Assembly (NCBI GenBank): GCA_048885865.1
Contig: JBHLLF010000001.1
Location: forward strand, 1-64,000
Direction: 5' to 3'
Source: Candidatus Hermodarchaeota archaeon
GTDB taxonomy: Archaea > Asgardarchaeota > Thorarchaeia > Thorarchaeales > Thorarchaeaceae
DNA: 64,000 nt
Shown here: piece by piece, positions 10,983 to 19,590 of the stretch
Layout of the letters: every line of letters begins with the position of its first letter
How positions within the stretch are numbered: the stretch's first letter is position 1
Made by a program: the position numbers and the translations under genes
Notes under the pieces: generated by a model
Databases searched by the model: none
What the model was told of the DNA's origin: nothing
The model's input: only the letters and a program-made list of their open reading frames with translations

Positions 10983-11885
10983 GTGGTACCTTTGGAAAGC
11001 ACAAAAAGCTACATAGAAACGAATGACCTGGTCAAGGTCTATAGACTTGGAGATGTTGAAGTACAGGCGCTCCGTGGCCTTTCTATGAAGGTTGATCAGG
11101 GAGAAGTAATATCCATCATTGGCCCAAGTGGATCAGGCAAAACCACATTGCTCAACATCATTGGCGGGCTGACATATGCAACTGCTGGGAAGAGCTATGT
11201 CGCTGGACATGATATCTCATCCTCAAGTCCTGCTCAACTCGGTCATCTGCGACAGAGAACTGTTGGCCATATATTCCAGACGCTCAACCTTATTCCCACC
11301 TTGACGGCGTATGAGAACGTCGAGCTCCCTATGCTGGCAATTGGTGCTCCCAAGGATGCACGAAAGAGAAGAGTGACAGAGCTGTTGAATCAGGTCGGTC
11401 TGGGCCTTAGGATGAACCATAAACCTGACGAGTTGAGTGGAGGCGAGAAACAGCGGGTTGCCATCGCAGCAGCTCTAGCCAACGATCCTCCAATCCTAAT
11501 TGCAGACGAACCAACAGGCGACCTCGATACTGAAACTGGAGCTAAGATTGTGGAATTCCTGCTATCTGTCAATAAGGACATGGGTAAGACAGTCCTTATT
11601 GTCACACACGACCCCCAGATAGCTCGACAGACTGACAGGATCTATAGAATCATGGATGGTCGAATCATATCTGTACAAACTCCTGGTGAGGCAGAAGAAG
11701 CAACTATTGAGATCAAGATTCAGATGTATCGTGATAGGCTCCGCGAAACCAATGATGAGATCCTGCAACTCCAAAAGGTGTATGAAGAACGGAGAGTCAC
11801 TCCCGGGACATTTGCTGAAAGATGGACCAATCTCCATCTTACAAAAGAGTTCCTTGAACGCGAATTGAATCGGATGGGTCTCTAG
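10983..11885 (+). CDS. LolD/MacB-family ABC ATPase with C-terminal helical extension
   Basis: GPSGSGKT, LSGGE, ADEPTG, VTHD. Confidence 0.93.
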   Translation: MVPLESTKSYIETNDLVKVYRLGDVEVQALRGLSMKVDQGEVISIIGPSGSGKTTLLNIIGGLTYATAGKSYVAGHDISSSSPAQLGHLRQRTVGHIFQTLNLIPTLTAYENVELPMLAIGAPKDARKRRVTELLNQVGLGLRMNHKPDELSGGEKQRVAIAAALANDPPILIADEPTGDLDTETGAKIVEFLLSVNKDMGKTVLIVTHDPQIARQTDRIYRIMDGRIISVQTPGEAEEATIEIKIQMYRDRLRETNDEILQLQKVYEERRVTPGTFAERWTNLHLTKEFLERELNRMGL

Positions 11886-11903
11886 CATTCTCGATACTTT
11901 TTT

Positions 11904-12824
11904 GTGACTGTCTCGTGTTCGAGAAGTTGGGATTCAAATTTGCCATTGCCTGTAATTGTTGTCCATGGAGGTGCGACCAAGTTCAAAGAGGAGCACATTC
12001 CAGCAATCATCCACGCTGTACAATACGCTGCTGAGAGTGGCATGAGGCTATTGGAAAAGGGCGCCTCTGCGGTTGCCGCTGCTGAAACAGCGATTTGGAC
12101 ATTGGAAGACACCGACCTTTTCACAGCGGGTAGAGGAGCGAGGCCAAATCGCGACGGCTATGTAGAGCTACATGCCATGATAATGGATGGCAACAAGCTG
12201 GAGAGCGGCGCTGTGATTGCTGTGCAAGATATTGTTCATCCAATCAGTCTTGCGAGGTATGTTCTTGAAAGAACTCCAAATTACCAAGTCACAGGTGATG
12301 GAGCAAGGAAGCTTTACTCTGAGATGATTGAAACTGGCTATCGGCAAGAGGATGCTCCGGGAGAAACGAAAAACATGCCTATGGGGGCGGGAGAAGGTCA
12401 TGATACTGTTGGCTGCGTTGTGGTCGATTCTCATGGACGCATCGCTTCAGCTTCTTCAACTAGTGGTTGGCCTGGTCAATTTCCCGGAAGAGTCGGGGAC
12501 TCTCCTATAATTGGAGCCGGAGTATATGCCAATGAACTAGCAGCAGCAAGCTGTACTGGCAAGGGCGAACAGATTTTGAGAATCGTGATGGCTCGAATGG
12601 CTGTTTTCTACTCTGAGGAAGGACTCAACGCAGTGGAAGCCTCAGCTAAGGCAATGCGCCTGCTAAAGGAAAAGACAAGCGGTGAAGCTGGATTGATAAT
12701 GGTTGATAAGGACGGAAACGTTGGCCTCGGGTTTGACACACCCCACATGCCTGTCGCTGTTACCCGTCCTGGAAAACACACCTATTCCTCCATGACTCCC
12801 AAATGGCCTCCTGACCTTAGCTAG
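11904..12824 (+). CDS. Isoaspartyl peptidase/L-asparaginase (type 2, Ntn hydrolase)
   Basis: VHGGA, D|TVG nucleophile site, GRVGDSP, TGKGE; true start probably TTG near 11940. Confidence 0.92.
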   Translation: MTVSCSRSWDSNLPLPVIVVHGGATKFKEEHIPAIIHAVQYAAESGMRLLEKGASAVAAAETAIWTLEDTDLFTAGRGARPNRDGYVELHAMIMDGNKLESGAVIAVQDIVHPISLARYVLERTPNYQVTGDGARKLYSEMIETGYRQEDAPGETKNMPMGAGEGHDTVGCVVVDSHGRIASASSTSGWPGQFPGRVGDSPIIGAGVYANELAAASCTGKGEQILRIVMARMAVFYSEEGLNAVEASAKAMRLLKEKTSGEAGLIMVDKDGNVGLGFDTPHMPVAVTRPGKHTYSSMTPKWPPDLS

Positions 12825-12840
12825 CATATCGGTATCAAAT

Positions 12841-13251
12841 TCATTTTCCACTACTCAGCAGACCAACTCTATAAAGTAAGACCAGTGTCACCACTGCTAG
12901 GAAGAAATCAAACGCTGTCGAGATAACCAATGCGCCACCCATTGTAGGGGAATCAAGCATCTGCAAGTACGTGAGAATCGGCAGGACTAACCTGACACAG
13001 CTCGCTGCAATCGGAATGGCGAGGTATCTCGCAATATCTCTTGATGCATGTATCTGTAGACTGCCAAGAGTAATAGCTAGCAATCCCATCGTTCGCCAAT
13101 AGAGTGGAAAAACTGGGATGGGGTATCCGCCTGAAATCGAGATCACTATGTCACCAGCGAGGAAAATCACAGCACCCATTACTAGTTCGAATATGCCCCC
13201 GACAAGGATTGCTGCATAGAGCGCTCTTAGAGTGCGATTATGTATTTCCAA
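12841..13251 (-). CDS. Hypothetical 4-TM membrane protein
   Basis: Four hydrophobic segments; fills the gap between genes. Confidence 0.7.
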   Translation of the reverse strand: MEIHNRTLRALYAAILVGGIFELVMGAVIFLAGDIVISISGGYPIPVFPLYWRTMGLLAITLGSLQIHASRDIARYLAIPIAASCVRLVLPILTYLQMLDSPTMGGALVISTAFDFFLAVVTLVLLYRVGLLSSGK

Positions 13252-13377
13252 CCTTCAAACCACAGAATGAAATATGGTGCCAGCCTCGACATAAGCGTTG
13301 CTCTGGATTGAGTTCCACCTATCTCTTGAAGCGGCACCATTGGGCGAACCAAGGTTGGAAGTTGGGTCAGCATAATC

Positions 13378-14133
13378 CTACATGACGGCTTTTATCTCGC
13401 CTTTTACTCCAATCACATAGGTTCTAAGTGGAATCTCTTTACCAGAGTTGTAGATGGCCTCCTGTGTGAGCCTAGCCAGTCCAAAGCAGCATGGCACTTC
13501 CATGTGTACAAGAGCGACATCCTTGATGTTGTGGTTCTGAAAGATAGCGCTGAGTTTCTGGAGGTTCGCCTCGTAGTCCTCAAATTTGGGACAGACCATA
13601 ATTGCAGCGCGATCCTTGATGAAGTCTTGATGCAAGCCAGCATAAGCAGGACCAGCACAATCTGCTAATATCGCAATTCTTGAATCTTGAAACACTGGGT
13701 GCTGAGGGCTCAACAGTTTCAGCTTCACAGGCCATTGGTTAAGCTGGGAAGGTGTGACTTGCTCTGGCACAGTGTTGTTATGAATAGATTCTGAGTGGTC
13801 TGCAGCGTAGGTGAATGCTTCTGAGCCCGCACACCCAACATCGCCCCCGCCACCATGAGTTGCGGCAGCAGCCACAGCTGGCTGCCCTTTGATCTTGGCA
13901 ACATATGCCATAGCCGCCTCTTCATCAAACTCCACTGTATCGACTTCCCTTAGTGTTAGTGCTCCCTCGGGACAATGTCCTAGGCATGCACCTAATCCGT
14001 CACAATAACTCTCGGAGACAACCTTAGCCTTCCCATCAATTATTTCGAGCGCCCCCTCAGCGCAATTCGGGACGCATAGGCCGCATCCAGTGCACTTCTC
14101 CTCGTCAATCATGATCATTAATCGTCTAACCAT
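13378..14133 (-). CDS. 4Fe-4S ferredoxin-domain protein
   Basis: CTGCGLCVPNC, CDGLGACLGHCP, QWPVKL, CPK, MEVPCC. Confidence 0.88.
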   Translation of the reverse strand: MVRRLMIMIDEEKCTGCGLCVPNCAEGALEIIDGKAKVVSESYCDGLGACLGHCPEGALTLREVDTVEFDEEAAMAYVAKIKGQPAVAAAATHGGGGDVGCAGSEAFTYAADHSESIHNNTVPEQVTPSQLNQWPVKLKLLSPQHPVFQDSRIAILADCAGPAYAGLHQDFIKDRAAIMVCPKFEDYEANLQKLSAIFQNHNIKDVALVHMEVPCCFGLARLTQEAIYNSGKEIPLRTYVIGVKGEIKAVM

Positions 14134-14180
14134 TGTCAGCCACAGCGAGTTTCCTGCCCCAAACTTATATAAAGGTAGTA

Positions 14181-14200
14181 GTTACCGTATAGTAAGTAAC
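14181..14200. promoter_or_regulatory. Inverted repeat, probable operator of the HxlR-family regulator
   Basis: GTTAC-N10-GTAAC between divergent genes, next to ttatataaa. Confidence 0.45.
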
Positions 14201-14226
14201 AAAAAGTAATTGACTATCAGCTCGAG

Positions 14227-14652
14227 GTGATTGAGATCGAAGCAAGAAGTAAGGAGGCTGTGATGTCCTGTCCAGTATTTATCGCGTCAAACATCTTGGG
14301 GAAGCGATGGACAATTCTAATTCTTCAAGCATTAATGACAACATCAGCCATGAACGGACTTAGATTCAATGAGATTCACAAGACCTTGGATTGGATAAGT
14401 GCCAAAGTCCTCTCAGGCAGGCTAAAGGAGCTTGTGGAAGAGGGGCTCGTTACAAGAGAGGTCAATCCAGAGGTCACTCCGCCAAGTGTCACCTATACAC
14501 TCACCAGCAAGGGAGAGGATCTCAGGGGTGTACTGACCCAGATGCAAGAGTGGGGGAAGAAGCATGGTGGCTCCAAAGCTGCGGATTGTCTTGGGCCTGG
14601 ATTTGAAAACTGTGACGGATGCAAAAAGAAGGAAGTCAATATCTCCGCATAA
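14227..14652 (+). CDS. HxlR-family winged-helix regulator
   Basis: CP....ILGKRW, LRFNE, S.KVLS.RLKEL, V.YTLT.KG; extra C-terminal C..CDGC. Confidence 0.9.
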   Translation: MIEIEARSKEAVMSCPVFIASNILGKRWTILILQALMTTSAMNGLRFNEIHKTLDWISAKVLSGRLKELVEEGLVTREVNPEVTPPSVTYTLTSKGEDLRGVLTQMQEWGKKHGGSKAADCLGPGFENCDGCKKKEVNISA

Positions 14653-14671
14653 TGCCACGCAATTGCGTAGC

Positions 14672-15142
14672 TCAGTTGCTTGATTCTATTATCCAAATTA
14701 GCTCCTCTTCGACAGTAGATGTGTTCTTTGGACGAGTCTTCATCCTACCAACTTCTTCTCCTGACTTTTTGAAGACCACGATTGTAGGGCTGCTTCTGAT
14801 ATCGAATGTTTCTACTTCCACAGGGCTTGGTGGGACAGCCCAGAACGACTTTGAGCCATATGGAGGCTTAGTCATACCACCTAGTGCGGTGATCCTGATG
14901 TCTAGTTCCTGCTCCAAGAGTGATAGGACTGGCACAGCCTTTCTCGAGTCACCGCACCAATCTGCAAAGAAGACAATGAACTGGTAGTTATCCTTGAATG
15001 TCTTTAGGATCTCTACTGCTTCCTTGTTAAGCACGTATGCATCACGCCTTCGAACGAACCCTCCCTTTTGAGAGGCACTCATCTGATCAATGTAATCTGT
15101 GACGCTCATATAGTTCTGAGATACATCATTGTGTGTGGGCAT
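14672..15142 (-). CDS. Thioredoxin-family protein (CxxS)
   Basis: WCGDS active site, SSPT cis-Pro loop. Confidence 0.85.
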   Translation of the reverse strand: MPTHNDVSQNYMSVTDYIDQMSASQKGGFVRRRDAYVLNKEAVEILKTFKDNYQFIVFFADWCGDSRKAVPVLSLLEQELDIRITALGGMTKPPYGSKSFWAVPPSPVEVETFDIRSSPTIVVFKKSGEEVGRMKTRPKNTSTVEEELIWIIESSN

Positions 15143-15245
15143 TCATTATCACCTACAGACTCCCAGCTGAGGCTTGACTATTGGCAAGTTGCTTCATCAG
15201 TATGTCCGTTTTATATTATCGGTATGTACTTTGGAAAGAGAGGTC

Positions 15246-15728
15246 CTAGGTGCTCTCACAAACAACATCCGTTCCCTTCTCACCCTTTCTCGCCTGGAGA
15301 GGAGCTCGCTTGATCAACTTCACAAGCTCTACAATCTCGCTATATCGACGTTCCTCTTCTTCCTTAAGCTTCTCAAGCAGAAATGCGGCCAGGGGATCAT
15401 TCACAAGGTCAAGTGCATCACTTGCTAGTTTGATCATGTCATTCTCATCGTTAAGGAGTTCCACGACGTTCCTCTCAAGCATCACCCTCCCTGCATATCT
15501 GCCAACTTTGGCAGACCATTCGTCGCATGGAGTTGCGGTTAGCATCTCGATCATTCCTTCAAGGAACTTCTGATGTTTCCATGTATCGAGGCGCATGTTC
15601 ATCAGGGCTAGACGCACTGCGGTTTCTCTAGCCTCGTTCTCCGCCTCTGCCAGCGTAATCAGGTTTCGCCTCTCAACCTCGATCTGTCGTTTCAATAGGT
15701 CGATTAGCTTCTCATCTGTATCAGTCAT
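15246..15728 (-). CDS. Ferritin-like/rubrerythrin-like diiron protein
   Basis: E..E, D..KH, duplicated helical halves; start reassigned to MTDTD. Confidence 0.7.
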   Translation of the reverse strand: MTDTDEKLIDLLKRQIEVERRNLITLAEAENEARETAVRLALMNMRLDTWKHQKFLEGMIEMLTATPCDEWSAKVGRYAGRVMLERNVVELLNDENDMIKLASDALDLVNDPLAAFLLEKLKEEEERRYSEIVELVKLIKRAPLQARKGEKGTDVVCEST

Positions 15729-15814
15729 TGCAACTCCCTTACACGACGTAATTAACAATTGTTAATATTGAATATATTTAATCCTTTGCACGCTGGCCTA
15801 TGCTCATTGCCAAG

Positions 15815-15832
15815 TGTTCAACGGGTTGAACA
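15815..15832. promoter_or_regulatory. Perfect inverted repeat upstream of the surface-protein and HTH gene pair
   Basis: TGTTCAAC-gg-GTTGAACA. Confidence 0.5.
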
Positions 15833-15893
15833 GAGCGTTCAATGCGTAGCATATTATCAAAACTCGTTCTAGCATTTGGTAGGTGAAAAGAAT

Positions 15894-16640
15894 ATGAGAA
15901 AATACGATTCCAGTCTTGGACAATCCATACTTGCACCAATCCTAGTGGCGGTAATCATTGTAGCAGGATTTGCCGCTGCGATGTTCTGGTTTCCAGGGGG
16001 AATTGGACCAACTACAACTACTACGACTGATACGACCACTACCACAACAACCACAGGCGGGGGAGGGGGTTACGGCCCCCTCGCAGCAGAATATCTCAAC
16101 AGTCGCAGAGAGGATGTCAATTTCTTCTGGATCTATAATTGCACTTTAGTCAATGTGGATCTCTCATCATACTATGATGCCCAACAACCTGACGCATTTG
16201 TAGATGGAGTCTTCATGTGGAGGAATGATACTGATTTCTGCAGGATTGAGGTTTTCTTTCATCCATATTCAGCCGGCATAAATGGAAGTGGAGAAATCAT
16301 TCCCGATCAGTGGTTTGCACTGAGCGGGTCACTCATTGATAATGGTCTTGGTAGGATGTCAGATGCAACTAGCTATCCAGCTGAATTTCCGGATACTTGG
16401 CCAATTGAGCTGTATATGATGATCTTCTTTGATGACAACTCTGTCTTCAACATTGGTTACACTAGCAGCGACGGTCTGGTCTATATCCAAAATGGTACTT
16501 GGAGTGGAGAGTGGGATGACATGGGAGTGCCTTTAACATCGAATTGGCAGCCAGGGTACTGGCTCAATGAAGGTGGATACCTCACTACTCCAATCAATGA
16601 CTTCTACACAACAATAACAGGAGCGGTAGATTACCCATAG
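15894..16640 (+). CDS. N-terminally anchored surface protein with Thr/Gly-rich linker
   Basis: TM helix, then TTTTTTDTTTTTTTTGGGGG, then an aromatic-rich domain. Confidence 0.8.
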   Translation: MRKYDSSLGQSILAPILVAVIIVAGFAAAMFWFPGGIGPTTTTTTDTTTTTTTTGGGGGYGPLAAEYLNSRREDVNFFWIYNCTLVNVDLSSYYDAQQPDAFVDGVFMWRNDTDFCRIEVFFHPYSAGINGSGEIIPDQWFALSGSLIDNGLGRMSDATSYPAEFPDTWPIELYMMIFFDDNSVFNIGYTSSDGLVYIQNGTWSGEWDDMGVPLTSNWQPGYWLNEGGYLTTPINDFYTTITGAVDYP

Positions 16641-16673
16641 CTATAGTGACCACGCAGAACGATAATTAGAATA

Positions 16674-16698
16674 GTGGGGGGGTTCTTTTTCCCCCCAC
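16674..16698 (+). terminator. GC hairpin between genes
   Basis: gtgggggg...ccccccac with a T-rich loop. Confidence 0.4.
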
Positions 16699-16718
16699 CA
16701 TCTTCTCGAGGAAATGCA

Positions 16719-17165
16719 ATGAGTCACGAGGTGGAAGATAAGGATATCGAGGAGCTTCTGAAAGGAAGAACCATGTCTGTCTATTCTCTCTTGCTCACCC
16801 GTGACCAGATGGGAGTCCGTGAGATTCAGAGGGAGCTTGGTTTTTCAAGTCCGAGCCTGTCAAAACACCATCTTCAGAAACTGGAGGCTGCTGGCCTTGT
16901 TTCCAAGAATGCTCATGGAGAGTATTCTGTTGCCAAGACCGTTCGCGTTGGTTCCCTAACGTTATTTGTGAGGATTGGAAAACGATTTCTTCCAAGATTT
17001 GCCTTCCTAGCAACTCTATTCTCAGGAATGATTGTAGTCTATCTTGCATTCTTTTGCGAATGGCCACCTCGCGGAGAGGACCTCATGTTCATCACAATGG
17101 GGCTCATTGCAGTATTGATGTCTCTCCATGAAGGCTACCGATTGCTGATGTTGAAACCAGCCTAG
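16719..17165 (+). CDS. Winged-HTH protein with two C-terminal TM helices
   Basis: GVREIQRELGFSSPSL..HHL.KL...GLV followed by 2 TMs. Confidence 0.85.
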   Translation: MSHEVEDKDIEELLKGRTMSVYSLLLTRDQMGVREIQRELGFSSPSLSKHHLQKLEAAGLVSKNAHGEYSVAKTVRVGSLTLFVRIGKRFLPRFAFLATLFSGMIVVYLAFFCEWPPRGEDLMFITMGLIAVLMSLHEGYRLLMLKPA

Positions 17166-18175
17166 CCCATGTGCATAGGAGCCCGATGGTCTGGATGGTC
17201 AAACTCCTCTTCTATCTCATAATCGTTGCCAAGGAATTGATTCATCATGAGACCAGCATAATTCCCTGTGCCAATGGCCATAGCTATCTGCTGAGTTATG
17301 GGCCTACAGTCTCCCGCCGCCCAGACTCCTTCAACATTCGTCTTTCCTCTATGATCAGTGATGATGTTTCCTCTGCTGTCAACCTGCACACCGATTTGCT
17401 GTGCTAGCTCTGATCTTGCCTCAGCCACAAAAGCGACGAAGAACACTTCGGCCTTTATCTTCGAGCCGTTTGTAAGTGTGATAGACTGCATCTTCCCAGG
17501 AACTGGATAATCCACAGCTTTTATTGTGCCACGAATCCACTCAAATGGCGACTCATCCAATTTTGCCAAGTCCTGTTCTTCGATAGGCATGTACGCATCT
17601 TCGGTCATGAGGATTCTGATTCTATCTGTAAAACGTGTCAGTGAGTTTGCTGTGTGAAGAGCACTTCCGACGGTCCCAGCATTTACAACAAGAACATCCT
17701 TGTCTTTGCAGAGAGGAGCTTCACAATCGGGACAATAGAAAGCCGCATTGCCCGCATTGGCGACTGGTAACCAACCCCTCCACATCCCATTTACTTTCGG
17801 ATGTTTCCTGGCGGTGCCCGTCGCAAAAAGGAGTATTCTTGCCTGATATTCGGATATGTCATTGGTTCGATAGCTCCTGTCTGTGCGTACAACGAAACGA
17901 GGATACCTGCCAGATACTTCAACGACATTGGCTTCTTTCATCTCAGCTCCAGCTGCCCTTGCAATCCCCTGCAGATTTCTTAGAAGAGGACGACCCTCAT
18001 GATACGCCTCACCAGATGCAAAGTTGACAATGGTGTTGTGATGGAAACTCATTGGACTAGTTCCCCGATCCAAGACCAAAACTTTGCGTTTATGGTATGC
18101 TAGGTGCAGTGCGGCAGAACATCCAGCTGGACCTCCGCCAATTATTATCGCATCGTACAGTTCTGGCTCATCCAA
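17162..18175 (-). CDS. Thioredoxin reductase-like FAD-dependent oxidoreductase
   Basis: GGGPAG, ATG, CPDC, T.V.GVWAAGD; NAD(P)H-binding GGG motif is degenerate (NAGTVG). Confidence 0.85.
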   Translation of the reverse strand: MDEPELYDAIIIGGGPAGCSAALHLAYHKRKVLVLDRGTSPMSFHHNTIVNFASGEAYHEGRPLLRNLQGIARAAGAEMKEANVVEVSGRYPRFVVRTDRSYRTNDISEYQARILLFATGTARKHPKVNGMWRGWLPVANAGNAAFYCPDCEAPLCKDKDVLVVNAGTVGSALHTANSLTRFTDRIRILMTEDAYMPIEEQDLAKLDESPFEWIRGTIKAVDYPVPGKMQSITLTNGSKIKAEVFFVAFVAEARSELAQQIGVQVDSRGNIITDHRGKTNVEGVWAAGDCRPITQQIAMAIGTGNYAGLMMNQFLGNDYEIEEEFDHPDHRAPMHMG

Positions 18176-18325
18176 AGCTTCCTCGCCTCCAACTTGTAGA
18201 CTTCACTATGGTTAATAACTTTACTGATTTGGTTGTGCGAATATCCAACTAATGAGTTTACGATTTGTTTTTAACGCTAGATGTGAATGCGCTTAATGAG
18301 CAAATGTCCTATAGGGGATAGTAGA

Positions 18326-19327
18326 ATGATTCGCGGAAGATTACTGATCTTAGCTATGTTATTATCGGCCATGCTTTTGGCTCCACCAGCACTAGCTCAG
18401 ACTAATCAGGGGCTTGAATGGGGCTTCGACCCTGAGGATGAGTTTCACTTCATGATGCATCTCGATGCCGAAGATATGCAGTTTGATGAGGAGATTTATG
18501 TCAACAGTAGTGATCCCCTTCCTATAATTCCGGATTCTCTGACTAACTGGTCCGATATTCCATATGTTACTCTTGATGCCTATTTCGCTAACGGGACAGA
18601 TTTAGGGCTGTACGTCCTGACCCTCGTGATGGCTCTTAATTTCCATCTGCCCATAGGCAACTGGACATTGATGAGTTTCCTCTACTCAACCACACTGAAC
18701 GTCGACCACTTCGCCCTCGATGCTGACGACCCCTATTTTTGGGGATACAGTTGGGATGATGACAACTTCACATATGGTGTAATCAGCGTCGAAGAAGGAA
18801 TCACAATCTTCGTACATGTAGATTATTTCAAACAGGATGGATACCTATCTCACTACTTCCTTGAGAGCTATAATACCACAACCATGGAGAAGACTGGTGA
18901 GGTAGAACTGAATCGAATAGGCATGGAGCCATATCGAGACAAGACAGCTCCTGTCCTGAATCACCCTGATGATATTGGTTACTTCGAGGGTGGCAGTTCT
19001 GGTGAAACTATAACATGGACTCCAAGCGACGAGTTTCCTCTGAGCTATGAGGTATTTGTTGATGGAACCACCCTGATGTCAGGAGCTTGGAATTCATCAT
19101 CTGAATCCATAGCGGTGCCAGTATGGGGGCTTGATGCTGGAGAATACAACTACACAATTGAGGTAAGCGATTTCGCTGGAAATACTGCATCTGATACGGT
19201 CATAGTGTCCGTTCAGCCGCCGGATGTTATCCCAAACCCATGGCTTCTATTCTCTATTCTGATAGCGGGCGCAGGGATTATCATTATTGTATTAGTAGTT
19301 GTCTTTCGAAAGCTGTCATCGCGCTAG
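18326..19327 (+). CDS. Secreted/surface protein with Ig-like domain and C-terminal TM anchor
   Basis: Signal peptide (ALA|Q), D.TAP....D.AGN Ig-like module, TM followed by RK. Confidence 0.8.
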   Translation: MIRGRLLILAMLLSAMLLAPPALAQTNQGLEWGFDPEDEFHFMMHLDAEDMQFDEEIYVNSSDPLPIIPDSLTNWSDIPYVTLDAYFANGTDLGLYVLTLVMALNFHLPIGNWTLMSFLYSTTLNVDHFALDADDPYFWGYSWDDDNFTYGVISVEEGITIFVHVDYFKQDGYLSHYFLESYNTTTMEKTGEVELNRIGMEPYRDKTAPVLNHPDDIGYFEGGSSGETITWTPSDEFPLSYEVFVDGTTLMSGAWNSSSESIAVPVWGLDAGEYNYTIEVSDFAGNTASDTVIVSVQPPDVIPNPWLLFSILIAGAGIIIIVLVVVFRKLSSR

Positions 19328-19590
19328 GTTCCCAAGTATGAACCACCAGTGGAATGCATTATGCAAAGAGGCACAAATTATCGCGAAATAGATATATGAA
19401 GGTGGTACAACAGAGGGCCTTGGAGGGCCCTCTATGAAAATCGCTGGAGCTAGGTTGGGAATTCTATCCGTGAGAATTGTCCTATTTCCATATGTATCCT
19501 ATCCGGATTCTAGCCATCAGACTGGGGTTCGAGAATCAGCGAAGATTCCGAGGGACTACGAACGAATTTTGCAATCCAAGGGGTGGCACA

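Noticed and set aside
16010-16070. Microsatellite-like ACN repeat
   Set aside because: Explained by the poly-Thr/Gly linker with mixed codons
19412-19433. 8-bp hairpin agagggcc/ggccctct
   Set aside because: An isolated stem; cannot distinguish terminator, operator or chance
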